Assembly: GCA_051294375.1 (NCBI GenBank)
Contig: JBJCIZ010001011.1
Span: 1 to 20,213 of the forward strand
Direction: 5' to 3'
Length of the DNA stretch: 20,213 nucleotides
Origin: Paraspadella gotoi
Lineage: Eukaryota > Animalia > Chaetognatha
Below are positions 10,393 to 20,213 of this stretch, in pieces. How positions within the stretch are numbered: the first letter of the stretch is position 1; the number at the start of each line of letters is the position of its first letter. The position numbers were made by a program, and so were the translations under genes. The notes under the pieces are model-generated. The model worked only from the letters and a program-made list of their open reading frames with translations. It did no database searches and was not told the origin of the DNA.

Positions 10393-10609
10393 ACCTCAGT
10401 GGCTCAGTGGAATAATGCACCATCCCAATGTGCGTCCCTGGTTCGAGCCCTGAGGTTGTCATGTAGAAAGTGGATGGACCGGGTAACCCGCCTGTAGGCA
10501 TGGGCCTACTGCCAGATCCAAAGCTCTGGACTACATGAACATGCTGTCTCGCTGTCGCCACGAGGTGACACCGCTGCGGGTGTGGCGCCCTGTAAAACCA
10601 GCCTCTTCA
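10393..10609 (+). mobile_element. tRNA-derived SINE, family C, with twister-like motif at 10459-10538
   Basis: Perfect acceptor-like stem acctcag/ctgaggt (10393-10456), A-box tggctcagtgg (10400-10410), B-box ggttcgagccc (10440-10450), then a structured body. Confidence 0.78.
10459..10538 (+). ncRNA. Twister ribozyme candidate (type P5)
   Basis: tcatgtag-aaagtg-GA-TGG-accggg-TAA-ccc-GC-c-t[gtaggc/gcctac]t-g-ccaga-TCCAAAGC-tctgg-a-ctacatga. T1 is UGG:CCA and P5 is 8 bp; P2 is imperfect. Predicted cut 10484/10485. Confidence 0.7.
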
Positions 10610-10683
10610 GTCTGTCCGTCCGTCTGTCAGTCCCACCTTAGAAAAAAATATCAATTACTTATGATTGGATGGATGGATTTGAA

Positions 10684-13066
10684 TGAAATTTTGTGTGTGG
10701 GTATATATATATATATATACAGGTAGGGAAGTGTGTGATTAAGCTGGATAAGAAGTTTCGATGGAATTGTCCAACTGGAAATGAGTTTAAACGGAAAAAA
10801 CAAAAAAATATATTTCACTATTTGAACACCAATTGCTCATGAGTGGATGGGCTGATTGACCTGGAATTTTGTATGTGGGTAGGAAAGTGTGTGATAAAGC
10901 TGGAAATCAAGTTTCGATGGAATCTTCTTAGTGTAAATGAGTTTAAATGGAAAAAACAAAAAACCTGTTTCACTAATTGATTATGCTTCTTTTTCTTTTT
11001 ATATCAAATGTACATGCAGGATGTATTAATTAATCAAATAATTAATCAATTTGTCAATTAATTAATAAATAATCAATTAATCAGTCAATAAATCAAGTCA
11101 ATCGTTATCGGCATTATTCTCATCGTCGTCATTGCTTTTGTCGTCGTTAGTGACGAAAAGACCTAAAGACAAACATTTGGGATAAAATTAATTAATTATT
11201 TGCCTACATAATTAATTAATTAACTTTAATAATTTATATTATTAATTAATTAATTACCGATAAAGATCGTGGGCAGATCCGACATTGTTTGATCAAACTT
11301 GTTTATTAATAACAAAAACTATATTAACAAAATTGAATACAAAAAACAGCAATGGTATCAATAACAGCGTAAAAAGACTGGAACCAAACATAACTTTTAA
11401 AAACGTTATAAAAACGATAAAAATTTTTAAATGTTATAAAAATGTTAAAAATGTAGGTGTAAACAGTGTAAAACAAAAGCTCCTCTATCTATCAGTCTCT
11501 CTATCTCTCTTTCTCTCTCTCTCTTATTCTCTCTTTCTTTTGCTTTCTGAGGCAGAGTACACTCATGAAATTAGCATCATTAAAATCCTCACTTTTTCTG
11601 ACATATCTGGCTTTTCCAAACTCATTATTACAATAAAATTAAAAACACGACGTTATTTATACATAACTATTGTACAAAAGTTGTATTGTACACAAAATAA
11701 AGTATTAACTGTATATATTTTGACTTTAAAAACGTTGAAACTTAGAAAGACGATACAATTGCTCAAATTCGAGCGGGGTACCATTTTGAACTTGAATTTT
11801 TTCTCATTGTGCGATTGGGATCCTCCCAGTTCACATCAGACTATTAAGTCAATGATGAATGCGTTGCTCCTAAAAGTCTCTTTGTGAGGAGAAAAGCAAT
11901 CTGAGAATAGATAAATGCTGGTGTGCCTTTTTTTCAAAATTTTTACATGGTTTTTTAAAGCTTAATCAATGCTTAGAGAGAACAGTTGTAATTAAGTAAA
12001 CTAATAATGAATTATGTCATTTTATGTCATTTTAGTAACATTTGGTCACATATTGTCATCTTATGTCATTTTAAGTCAATTTGGTCATGTTTAGTCACCT
12101 TATGTCATTGTTAATTGTCTTTTTTTACATATTTGGTCACTCGATTATGTTATTTTAAACCACATTTGGTCACTTTGAGTAATTAAATGTCAAATGCCTT
12201 TTTTTTAAAAATTGTATCATTTTATACCCATTTTGTCATTTTAGACGCGCCCAGTCCTTTTGTAATTATATCATCGTGTCATTATGCTATTAAGTCAATT
12301 TAAGTCATTTATTGTCATTTTAATTTGATCCTTTTGTCATTTTATTCGTTCCTTTATACCATTACATGTCATTTTAGTTGCGCTAGTTTGATCAGTCATT
12401 TATACGCCATTTTATGTTAATTATGTCGTGATAAGTTACATTTGGTCCCTTTATGTCATTTTATTGTGTGGTGTGCATTATGGTAATTTTAATCATGTTT
12501 GTCCATTTTATGTCTTTTACGTCATTTAAGTTAAGTTTGGTCCTTTATTCATTACTTCATTGTGTCATGTCATTGTATGACGTTTATTAATTTTGGGTCA
12601 TTTCAGTCAAAAGGTCATTGTCTTTTATGTCATTTTCCGTCATAATGTCGTGATAGTTACATTTGGTCCTTTATGTCATTTTATCATGTTGTGTCATTAT
12701 GTAATTTTAATCATTTTATGTCATTTACGTCATTTAAGTCATGTTTGGTCCTTTATTCATCACGTCATTGTGTCATGTCATTGTATGTCGTTATATCAAT
12801 TTGAGTCATTTTAGTCATAAGGTCATTGTTTTTTATGTCATTTTACGTCAAATATGTCGTGATAGTTACATTTGGTCCCTTTATGTCATTTTTATTATGT
12901 TGTGTCATTATGTAATTTTAATCATGTTTGGTCATTTTATGTCATTTACGTCATTTAAGTCATGTTTGTTCCTTTATTCATCATCGTCTTTGTGACATGT
13001 CATTGTATGTCGTTGTATGTCGTTATATCATTTTTGGGTCATTTTAGTCATAAGGTCATTGTCTTT
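10684..13066. repeat. Right arm of the large inverted duplication, including the GTCATTTT satellite at ~12008-13066
   Basis: Reverse complement of the left arm without its two insertions. Many differences are 1-bp indels. Confidence 0.92.
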
Positions 13067-13149
13067 TATGTCACTTTAATGTCATTATGTAACCTCTGTT
13101 TTTATTATTTTTGAAATAAAAAAAATGAATTAATTAACTATTTCTTAGC

Positions 13150-13663
13150 TCTTTCTCTCTCTCTGACTCTCTCTTGATTACGAGGCAGTGCACACTCATG
13201 AAATTAGCATCATTAAAATACTCACTCTTTCTGACAAAACTGACTTTTCCAAACTTATTAGTAAACATGAAATTAAAAAGGTTAAAAATTAATAGGTTAT
13301 TTAACATGACAATCGATTGTACCCTAAATAAAGTAATAAATGTATTATACTTTGAATTTATGAAACGTCTAAACTTATCAAGACTTTACAATTGGCTGCT
13401 GGTGGCTCAAATTTGAGGGGGGTATGATTTGAATTGGATTTTTTTTCAGCGTCATTATGTCATTAAGTGATTCCGTCATGTTATGTCATTTTACGTCATT
13501 AAGACATTATGTCAATTTATAGTCATTTTAGTCATTAAGTAATTTTATGTCGTTTTAGTCGTGTCTGGTCTTTTAGTCAATACATCATTAAGTAAAAAAA
13601 TATTACTTTAGTCATTAATGTTTATTATGACATAATTATAGATGACATTTTATGTCATTTTAC
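13150..13663 (+). repeat. Older, diverged copy of the ~11510-11805 sequence followed by degenerate GTCAT satellite
   Basis: gaggcagtgcacactcatgaaattagcatcattaaaatactcact matches 11549-11595, and gtcatt motifs fill ~13450-13663. Confidence 0.75.
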
Positions 13664-13783
13664 GTTAGACTGATCCATAAGAAAGGTGATAGAGATAATG
13701 TAAAGAATTATAGACCTGTTAGTTTGGTTAATGTTGATTATAAATGCTTAGGGCTGTATAATGCACGGTTAGTCTCTGTATTT
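13664..13783 (+). pseudogene. Short L1/Tx1 RT fragment
   Basis: Encodes VRLIHKKGDRDNVKNYRPVSLVNVDYK, matching ~18334-18455, with small deletions after that. Confidence 0.9.
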
Positions 13784-13795
13784 CCAATAAAGATA

Positions 13796-14104
13796 AGAGA
13801 AAATATAAAATTAAAATTTTTCATGATATTATGCATCACTTTTTTTAGTCATTTTTGCCCGGACAAAAAAGAAATGAGTGAAAATAAGTGGGGTAAATCG
13901 GGACTCTGGTTAGAAAATGAAAGAACTAATAGAAAGGTGGGCTATGCGCGATTCTTTTGGGGAGGTCACTATGAAAATATGTGAGGGAAAGGGGCATAGC
14001 CCCAGCTTAAGGTGAAAAAGTAGGCCACAGGAAGCCCAAGCCTCAAAAGCATTATAAAGAAAAAATTTCCCTTTCGAGCGAAGCCTTCAGTATTGTCTTA
14101 GCTT
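13796..14104 (+). repeat. Second copy of the ~310-bp unclassified repeat
   Basis: Direct match to 8267-8574. Confidence 0.88.
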
Positions 14105-14399
14105 CTCTAAAAATAAAAAATCAAAATCAAAAATTAAAAATTAAAAACTATGTTTATAATAAACTTTAATTACGGACACACTCGTTTGCGCTAAATTACG
14201 TCTACTTTCTGAAAACCTTTTGTTTCTGATTCGAACTCTTTCTCTCTTTTGTTTCCATTGTGTTCGGGTCGGCCGCCGGGTCTCTCTTGTCTTTTGCTAC
14301 TGNNNNNNNNNNGCCTGGGTTGGACTGGGGGTGGCCATCTTCAAGAATCAGGGTGAAATATAAAAGAAATTGAAAAAACTTAATAAAATCTAATAAAAT

Positions 14400-14672
14400 A
14401 AGAATTAAAAACAGTGAATAATAAAGCAGATAAAAAGGGGAAAAAGAAACAAATAAAAACCGGATAAAAACAGGATAAAAACGGGATAAAACTAATGAAT
14501 AAAACGGTATTAAAAACAAAAATAAAATCGGGNNNNNNNNNNTGAGTAAAAACCGGATAAAAACTGCTAATAACGAAATTAAAAACGACGATAAAACGGT
14601 GATAAAACGGCGATAAAATAGTGATAAAACGGAATAAATAAGCATAAAACTCTAAATAAAACTACAATCAGT
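14400..14672 (+). repeat. A-rich GATAAAA(A)C-type tandem tract in the putative 5' UTR
   Basis: Repeated (c)ggataaaaac / gataaaacgg units of ~10-11 bp immediately before the ORF1 ATG. Confidence 0.75.
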
Positions 14673-14675
14673 AAA

Positions 14676-16626
14676 ATGCGTACTCACCACGAGTTTGAAC
14701 TGGATTTGTCGGGATCTACCGGTGTGCCATCACAGTGGAAGATTGAGTTGAANNNNNNNNNNAAATGGTTTGATCGCCAGACCCGGGGTTATCGTGATCT
14801 CCAGTTGATGAAGGACATGAACCGTGGTACCTACAATGTCATTACAGGGGATGAGAGGACGGCCGCGTTTCTCCGCGAATTTCAGCTGGAGATAACTTAT
14901 GGGGCTATCACTAAGCGGGTCCCTTTGCGCCCTAGGAGATCGAAAAAACCAGGAACTTGGATAAGATTCTTTGGGTCTTGTAAGGGTGCAATGAGTCGTC
15001 TCCCAAATTCTTATTTTGATGACATTTTGATAGCTGCAGGTTGTGAGTTGATCCNNNNNNNNNNAAAGGGTTACCACAGGGGAACCCATCTCTACAACGG
15101 AATGAGATCTGCTTTGGTTGAGAGGGGCCCTATACATATGGAGCGAAATTGTGAATGGACAGATGAAGATGGTGATGTTTATCGTTATAGACTAGAATAT
15201 GATTCTCAGCCACATTCGTGTACCAGGGGATGTGATGTGTATCACACGGATGGACGATGCCCCCGATGGGAAGCAAAGCGACAAGAAAAAGCAAGGGAGG
15301 GCCAGCAGTCTTGCTTTTTTGTTGCCTCATCTCTTATGAGATTAGCTACGGATACGGCGATCACGCGTTTTGATGTGATTCCTGGAGCAAAAATCGGACA
15401 CATCTCCAACCATGTCAATAACGATGGCCGAATTCTTCCACAAGCTCGCAGCATCATTGTGCAGGCTGGAGCAAATATGGATCTGGGTACTGTAGAAGAA
15501 TCGAGAGTCCACGTATCCTATCAGGCTGGCGAGCTAGTCAAGGTTTTGGGTCCCCTTACTGCGGCTGAAAAGGATATTTTTGTTGTCGATCCGGTTGTTG
15601 GCGTTATTCCTGTAGATCAACCTGGTGGGGATCACTGGGCTATGGTGAGGGCTGCGATGAAGGGAGTGGCTGCAAGGGCTGGAGCGACATGGATTTCGCT
15701 GGAGGAACTGGAGTGGGATGCAGACGCTGATTATGTAGATGATGTTACGCACTATTCACCATCAGGAACTACAAAGGTATTGGAGGAGGTTGGGAGGATG
15801 GTGGAAGAGGCGACGGGGGTGAAGGTTTTTGCGGGGATGGAAGTGCAGGATGTGCCATACAAAGGGGTTTTTTCTGGACACTATAAATATGGGTGTTACA
15901 GATGCAGCCGTCTCCATCCTAGAGGAAGGTGTCCGCCTTTGGATGATGATGATGATGTAGTGGAGGAAGGTCGTGGAGATGGTGGAGATGAAGCTGAAGG
16001 AGATGGAGGTGATGCTGGTGGAGCTGGAGATGGTGAGGAAGGAGCCGGTGGTGATGGAGTTGATGCTGGAGGTGATCGAACTGCAGGAGCTGATAGAGAG
16101 GAGATAAGGGAGGTGGAAAGGAGTGGAAGTAGCGGCGGGAGTGGTGGGAGCAAGAAAAAGAAGAGAAAGAAGAATCAGAATCCACCGCAACAGACGCAGC
16201 AGATGATACAGGGGATATCCCAGGAAGCACAGCAATTCCTGCAACAAACAACTCCAACTACACCTACGCAAATGAACCTCACGGAATCCAACTACACCTA
16301 CGCAAATGAACCTCACGGATCCTGATGATTTTTCACCATCCATCAATGAGCCGTGGCCTCCCGTTCCGGATCCTTTACCACAGCGTGCACGATCATCTGT
16401 GATTCTGACACCATCAAGACTTGGCAATATTTCTTCGGCATCTCCAATTCCTCTAGGTTCGCAATCGCTTTTCTCGCAATCTCAACCCTCGACTTCGACA
16501 TCTGTTATTCCTCCAACGCCAGTGGGTTTTCAAAGACCGACTTTCATGCGCGGTGCCACAGGTGCAAGGGATCGCTCAAAGGATCGTACTACAGCTGGAA
16601 GAGGACACAGCAAAGGTGCTGATTAG
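14676..16626 (+). CDS. ORF1p (about 638 aa once a 34-bp duplication is removed): RRM-like region, Zn knuckle, SGNH-hydrolase-like domain, Zn knuckle, acidic/Gly tract, basic NLS-like patch, P/S/T/Q tail
   Basis: Motifs in order: NGMR..Y.SQP, CTRGCDVYHTDGRC (15219-15260), FFVASSLMR, PGAK, AGAN, DDVTHYSPSG, CYRCSRLHPRGRC (15894-15932), KKKKRKK. The frame breaks at the 16254-16320 duplication, and the paralog at 1523-2132 shows the uninterrupted frame. Confidence 0.85.
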
Positions 16627-16740
16627 TATTATTATTGAATTTTTTATTGATGCTTAATTTATATTAGTTCTATTTGCAATTCATTATAGCTATTTAATAT
16701 TTACATCTATGATTAGGAAGTAAAAATATTAATATTTATA

Positions 16741-19700
16741 ATGGCAGCTGATGAAGATAATACTGAATCAGGTGGGAGGGCTAGCTACAGGGTTGCTACA
16801 TGGAATAGTGGTGGGTTGCATGCTAACACTGGTCAGAGAAAGGGCAACTGGTTGCTTGGATTACTTAATGCTGACAGAGGATTAGGAATTTTGGGGATTC
16901 AAGAGACACATTGTAAGGACGATGCTAACTNNNNNNNNNNNNNNNATGATATGAAACTAAGGTATTCAGTGTTTCATAGTCCAGCTGTTGATGGAGATGA
17001 TTATGCTGGAATATTATGCATTGTGTCAGATGATTGGGAAGTTGTGAAAAGAGTTGTTAGTTTACCTGGTAGGATTATGTCAGTAAAATTAAAAAGTGTG
17101 GTTTTTGGGACTGTGGTTAATTTTATTGTGATTTATGGAAAGAGTGATTGTTCCAGTAATAGTACATGGTTAAATAAATTGAGAGATGTGATTGATAATT
17201 CTTGTGATAATGTTATATTAGGTGATTTTAATTTTGTTGAAGAAAATAGAGATAGAAGCGCTTTGACTATAACACCTTATGATAGAAATTTAAGGGATAT
17301 TTTTACTCCTATAAAACAAAATTTTAAGTTGCATGATGTTTTTAGACTATTAAAAGGGGACGCGAATGAATTTACTTTTAAATGGGCCAGAGGAATACAA
17401 AGTAGGATAGACAGAGTTTATGTGACAGAGGCTATGATTGGTGGTGTGAATAAAATTACCAGCCAATCATGTCCCGGGGTAGGATTTGGGCATAAATTAT
17501 TGAAGATAGAATTTCAAGAAAAATTAGAACTAGGATGTGGTTATTGGAAATTTAATGTTTCTCTTTTGAGTGATCTTGATTATTCTAGGATGGTGAGGGA
17601 AACTTGGGAAAATTTTAGGGGAGATAAACATGAATTTGAGAATATAGGAGATTGGTGGGACTGTGCTAAATCCATAGTGCGCAGCGTAAGTATAGATTTT
17701 GCAAGGAGAAAAAGAATGGGAGAGAATAGAATTGTAAGAGGGTTAGAAAAGGAAAAGGAAAGGCTGGAAAATGAGATTCGAGAAGGTAGGGGATCAATTT
17801 TTAATAAAAATCATTTAGTCTGGATCAAGGAAAGATTAGCAGAAGAAGAAGAAAGGAAAGCCGAAGGAGCAAGGATTAGGTCACGTGTACCACATTTTGA
17901 AGTCAATGAGCCAGGATTAGCTTATTTTAGTAGAGTTGAAAAATCGAGGTGTGGGGGAAATTTAATTTATGCTTTACGAGATAAACAAGGACAAATAAGG
18001 AGAGGTTCAGAAGGGGTTGTCAAGGTTGCTCATGAACATTATGTTGGTATGTTTAGTGAAGGAGATATAGATGGAATAATTCAAGATGAATTCTTGAGTT
18101 GTGTGGACAAAGAATTGGATGAGGACAAACGAGAATGGTGTGAAAAGGTCATTGAAAAAGATGAAGTGGAAATGGTTTTGAAGGGAATGGCCTCAGGGAG
18201 GTCGCCAGGTGCGGATGGATTCCCTGCCGAGTTTTGGAGATATTTTTGGGGTTTAGTTGGTGATGATTTTATGCAACTGATTGAGTGGATTTTTGAGAGT
18301 GGACATTTAACAAAATCTATGTCAGAAGGTGCAGTAAGATTGATCCATAAGAAAGGTGATAGAGATAATGTAAAGAACTATAGACCTGTTAGTTTGGTTA
18401 ATGTNNNNNNNNNNATGCTTAGTGGCTGTATAAATGCACGACTAGTCTCTGTATTACCGGATTTAATACATGAAGATCAGGCTGGTCTACCAGGGAGAAA
18501 NNNNNNNNNNGTTTTACATGTTATACAGGATGTTGTGCAGTACTGTGAATTGAATAATAAAGAGGGAGCCTTAATATTTCTAGATCTTGAAAAATGTTTT
18601 GATAGGGTTGAGCATAGTTTTGTTTTTAAGGCATTGGAAAAATATGGCTTTGGGGAGAACATAAGAAGATGGGTTAAGACATTTTAAATAAGGTGAATAG
18701 TAGAATTTTAGTTAATGGTCATTGGTCAGAAGAGATAATGGTTAATAGAGGATTAAGGCAGGGAGATTCTCCCTCAATGCCTTTGTATATATTAGTGGCT
18801 GAGGTTTTTGCTACATCAATAAGGAAAGATAATAATATAATGGGTATAAGGGTTAAGGGGGCTGAGAGAAAGGTAGGGGTTTATGTTGATGATACTCAGG
18901 GATTTCTGGGGTCAGAGGAGTCAGTTGAAAGGTTTATGGATAAGGCCACTCGTTATGAGTGGGCTGCAGGTTCGAGGGTTAATAGGGGCAAGTCAGTAGG
19001 TATCTGGTTAGGTCCATTAAAAGGTAGGACTGACGATTTTTGTGGATTAAATTGGCAAGATAAGGCTAAGGTTCTAGGATTTTGGGTAGGACTTGGGGAT
19101 CTGGTTTCTGCAAATTTTGAACCAGTTATTACTGGAATTAGATCAAAGTTAGCATTCTGGAAGGGACGGCCTCTGTCAACCCTAGGGAGGGCAAAGGTTG
19201 CTAATGTATTCTTATACTCTGCTTTATGGTATAGGACAGAAATTTTGACACCCCCATGGGGTGATATTGAAGGATTGGAGAAGGAAGTGAGTGATTGGAT
19301 GTTTACGGGTAGAAAAGAAGTAGCTAAAGAAAGATTAAGAGATTCTTATTTAAAAGGCGGTGCTCAATTAGTAGATATTAAAGATAAAGTGAGAGCACAG
19401 AGAATAATGTGGGTTAAAAGATTGCTTACAATGCCAGAAGGATCTTTCCCAAGAATACTAGCTGGAGAACTAATTGGATCACAGAATAATGGACTTTATG
19501 GATTAAGTTGTTTTAAAGCTAAGGAGAGAGGAATGCGGGTAGTGGTTAACGGATTTTATGCTGAGGTGATGAGGGCTTGGGCTGATTTGGATACGAGATA
19601 TGAAATAGGGAATCTACCTACTTATAATTATGATTTGTATGTTAATCCTTCTATAACTGATGAGAATGACCAGATGATGAAACCTGAGGGTTTTCTCTTA

Positions 19701-20213
19701 GGCAGCCTCTTTGACAAAGGTGTTAGGACTGTAGGTCATTTTTTAAATCTACCAATGAATGAAATTCCACATCGGTGGAGAAGAATGTTATTCGATATCC
19801 AGTGCAGAGTAAGAGAACAAATAGAAGCTATTGTCCCAACTGATCGTCCACCTGATTATATAATTCAGACAGATAGGGGAGAAAGGAGATTATCAGAGGT
19901 TTCTTATGCGGAAATTTATTCACAATTGAGGTCAAATGTGGTTGTTATACGACATTATGAGGATAAATGGGAAAGAGCTCTAGGTATGAATCTTGCTGAC
20001 CAATGGGCTGGAGTATGGAGTGCATTAATGCTTTCAAAAGTATCTTATTATGTAAAAACTGCTGTATGGCGACAGATTGGTTTAAATTTTTGGACTGCTT
20101 ATATGGATTATGGTTATTTGGGTAGAGGTGATGGAATATGCCAGTTGTGTGGTGTGGCAGAGAGAGAGAGATGGCATACTGTGATAGAATGCGAAGTGGT
20201 GATTAGATTATGG
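16741..20213 (+). CDS. ORF2p: apurinic-like endonuclease, reverse transcriptase and C-terminal CCHC; 1-bp frameshift at ~18685; runs off the window
   Basis: ATWN, QETH, GDFN, SRIDR, then SPGADG, NYRPVSL, LDLEKCFD. After the shift the frame 18687-20213 has no stop and contains RQGDSPS (18756-18776), YVDD (18882-18893) and CQLCGVAERERWHTVIEC (20139-20192). Confidence 0.93.

Larger units (their letters stand above)
10196..11305 (+). mobile_element. Non-autonomous Helentron-associated (HINE/DINE-1-like) element with a nested SINE
   Basis: T-run plus 5' hairpin agtcggatctgct-tatc-agcagatcccgact (10201-10231). GTCY-like microsatellites at 10246-10262 and 10610-10629, and two internal tandem units (~10685-10860, ~10864-10975). 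The 3' end has subterminal IR gcagatccgac (11273-11283), palindrome gtttgatcaaac (11287-11298) and a T-rich tail. Confidence 0.75.
14170..20213 (+). mobile_element. L1/Tx1-clade non-LTR retrotransposon, near full length; 3' end outside the window, 5' boundary approximate
   Basis: Two-ORF layout with a 114-bp AT-rich spacer. ORF2 is APE-RT-CCHC with L1/Tx1-type GYWKFNVSLL, LSTLGRAKVAN and KGGAQL motifs. Confidence 0.92.

Noticed and set aside
8841-10456. Functional tRNA genes at 8841-8916, 9961-10032 and 10393-10456
   Set aside because: A/B boxes are present but the anticodon or D arms do not pair properly, and each runs into a repeat body, as expected for SINE heads.
11285-11887. 200-aa ORF
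   Set aside because: Low-complexity AT-rich repeat with a non-ATG start, crossing an element boundary and a CT microsatellite. The paralogous arm has indels and an insertion.
14265-14340. 5' ribozyme (HDV-like) or structured leader of the LINE; ggccgcc/ggtggcc could pair
   Set aside because: An N patch interrupts the region and I could not assign the nested pseudoknot, so it is unsupported.
14202-14645. Antisense ORF0-like membrane protein in the LINE 5' UTR
   Set aside because: The F/L/I richness comes from the A-rich tandem tract, and the frame crosses two N patches.
15762-16427. Minus-strand S/P/H-rich ORFs here and at 1521-1933
   Set aside because: They are antisense to the low-complexity Gly/Asp/Glu tract of ORF1.

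Overview
Repeat-dense eukaryotic, probably animal, DNA with no confidently identifiable host gene and a 100-N scaffold gap at 8087-8186. The right end (~14170-20213) is a near-complete L1/Tx1-clade LINE. Its ORF1 reads as RRM-like region, Zn knuckle, SGNH esterase-like domain and a second Zn knuckle; its ORF2 is APE, RT and CCHC. Each ORF has one frameshift, and three more fragments of the same family lie elsewhere in the window. The left end (1-1522, minus) is the C-terminal part of a restriction-like-endonuclease (RLE, R2-group) non-LTR element that the ORF track misses. The middle is a ~2.4-kb inverted duplication (2785-7670 vs 10684-13066) built from an AAAATGAC satellite and a Helentron/HINE-like element. 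Its left arm also carries a 2.25-kb palindrome of telomere-hexamer-punctuated repeats and a SINE. The most striking signal is three different tRNA-headed SINE families that each carry, right behind the head, an RNA motif fitting a circularly permuted (type-P5) twister ribozyme, with covarying pseudoknot and stems and P1 reduced to a 6-nt near-palindrome. All calls come from reading the sequence by eye; no searches or folding programs were run.
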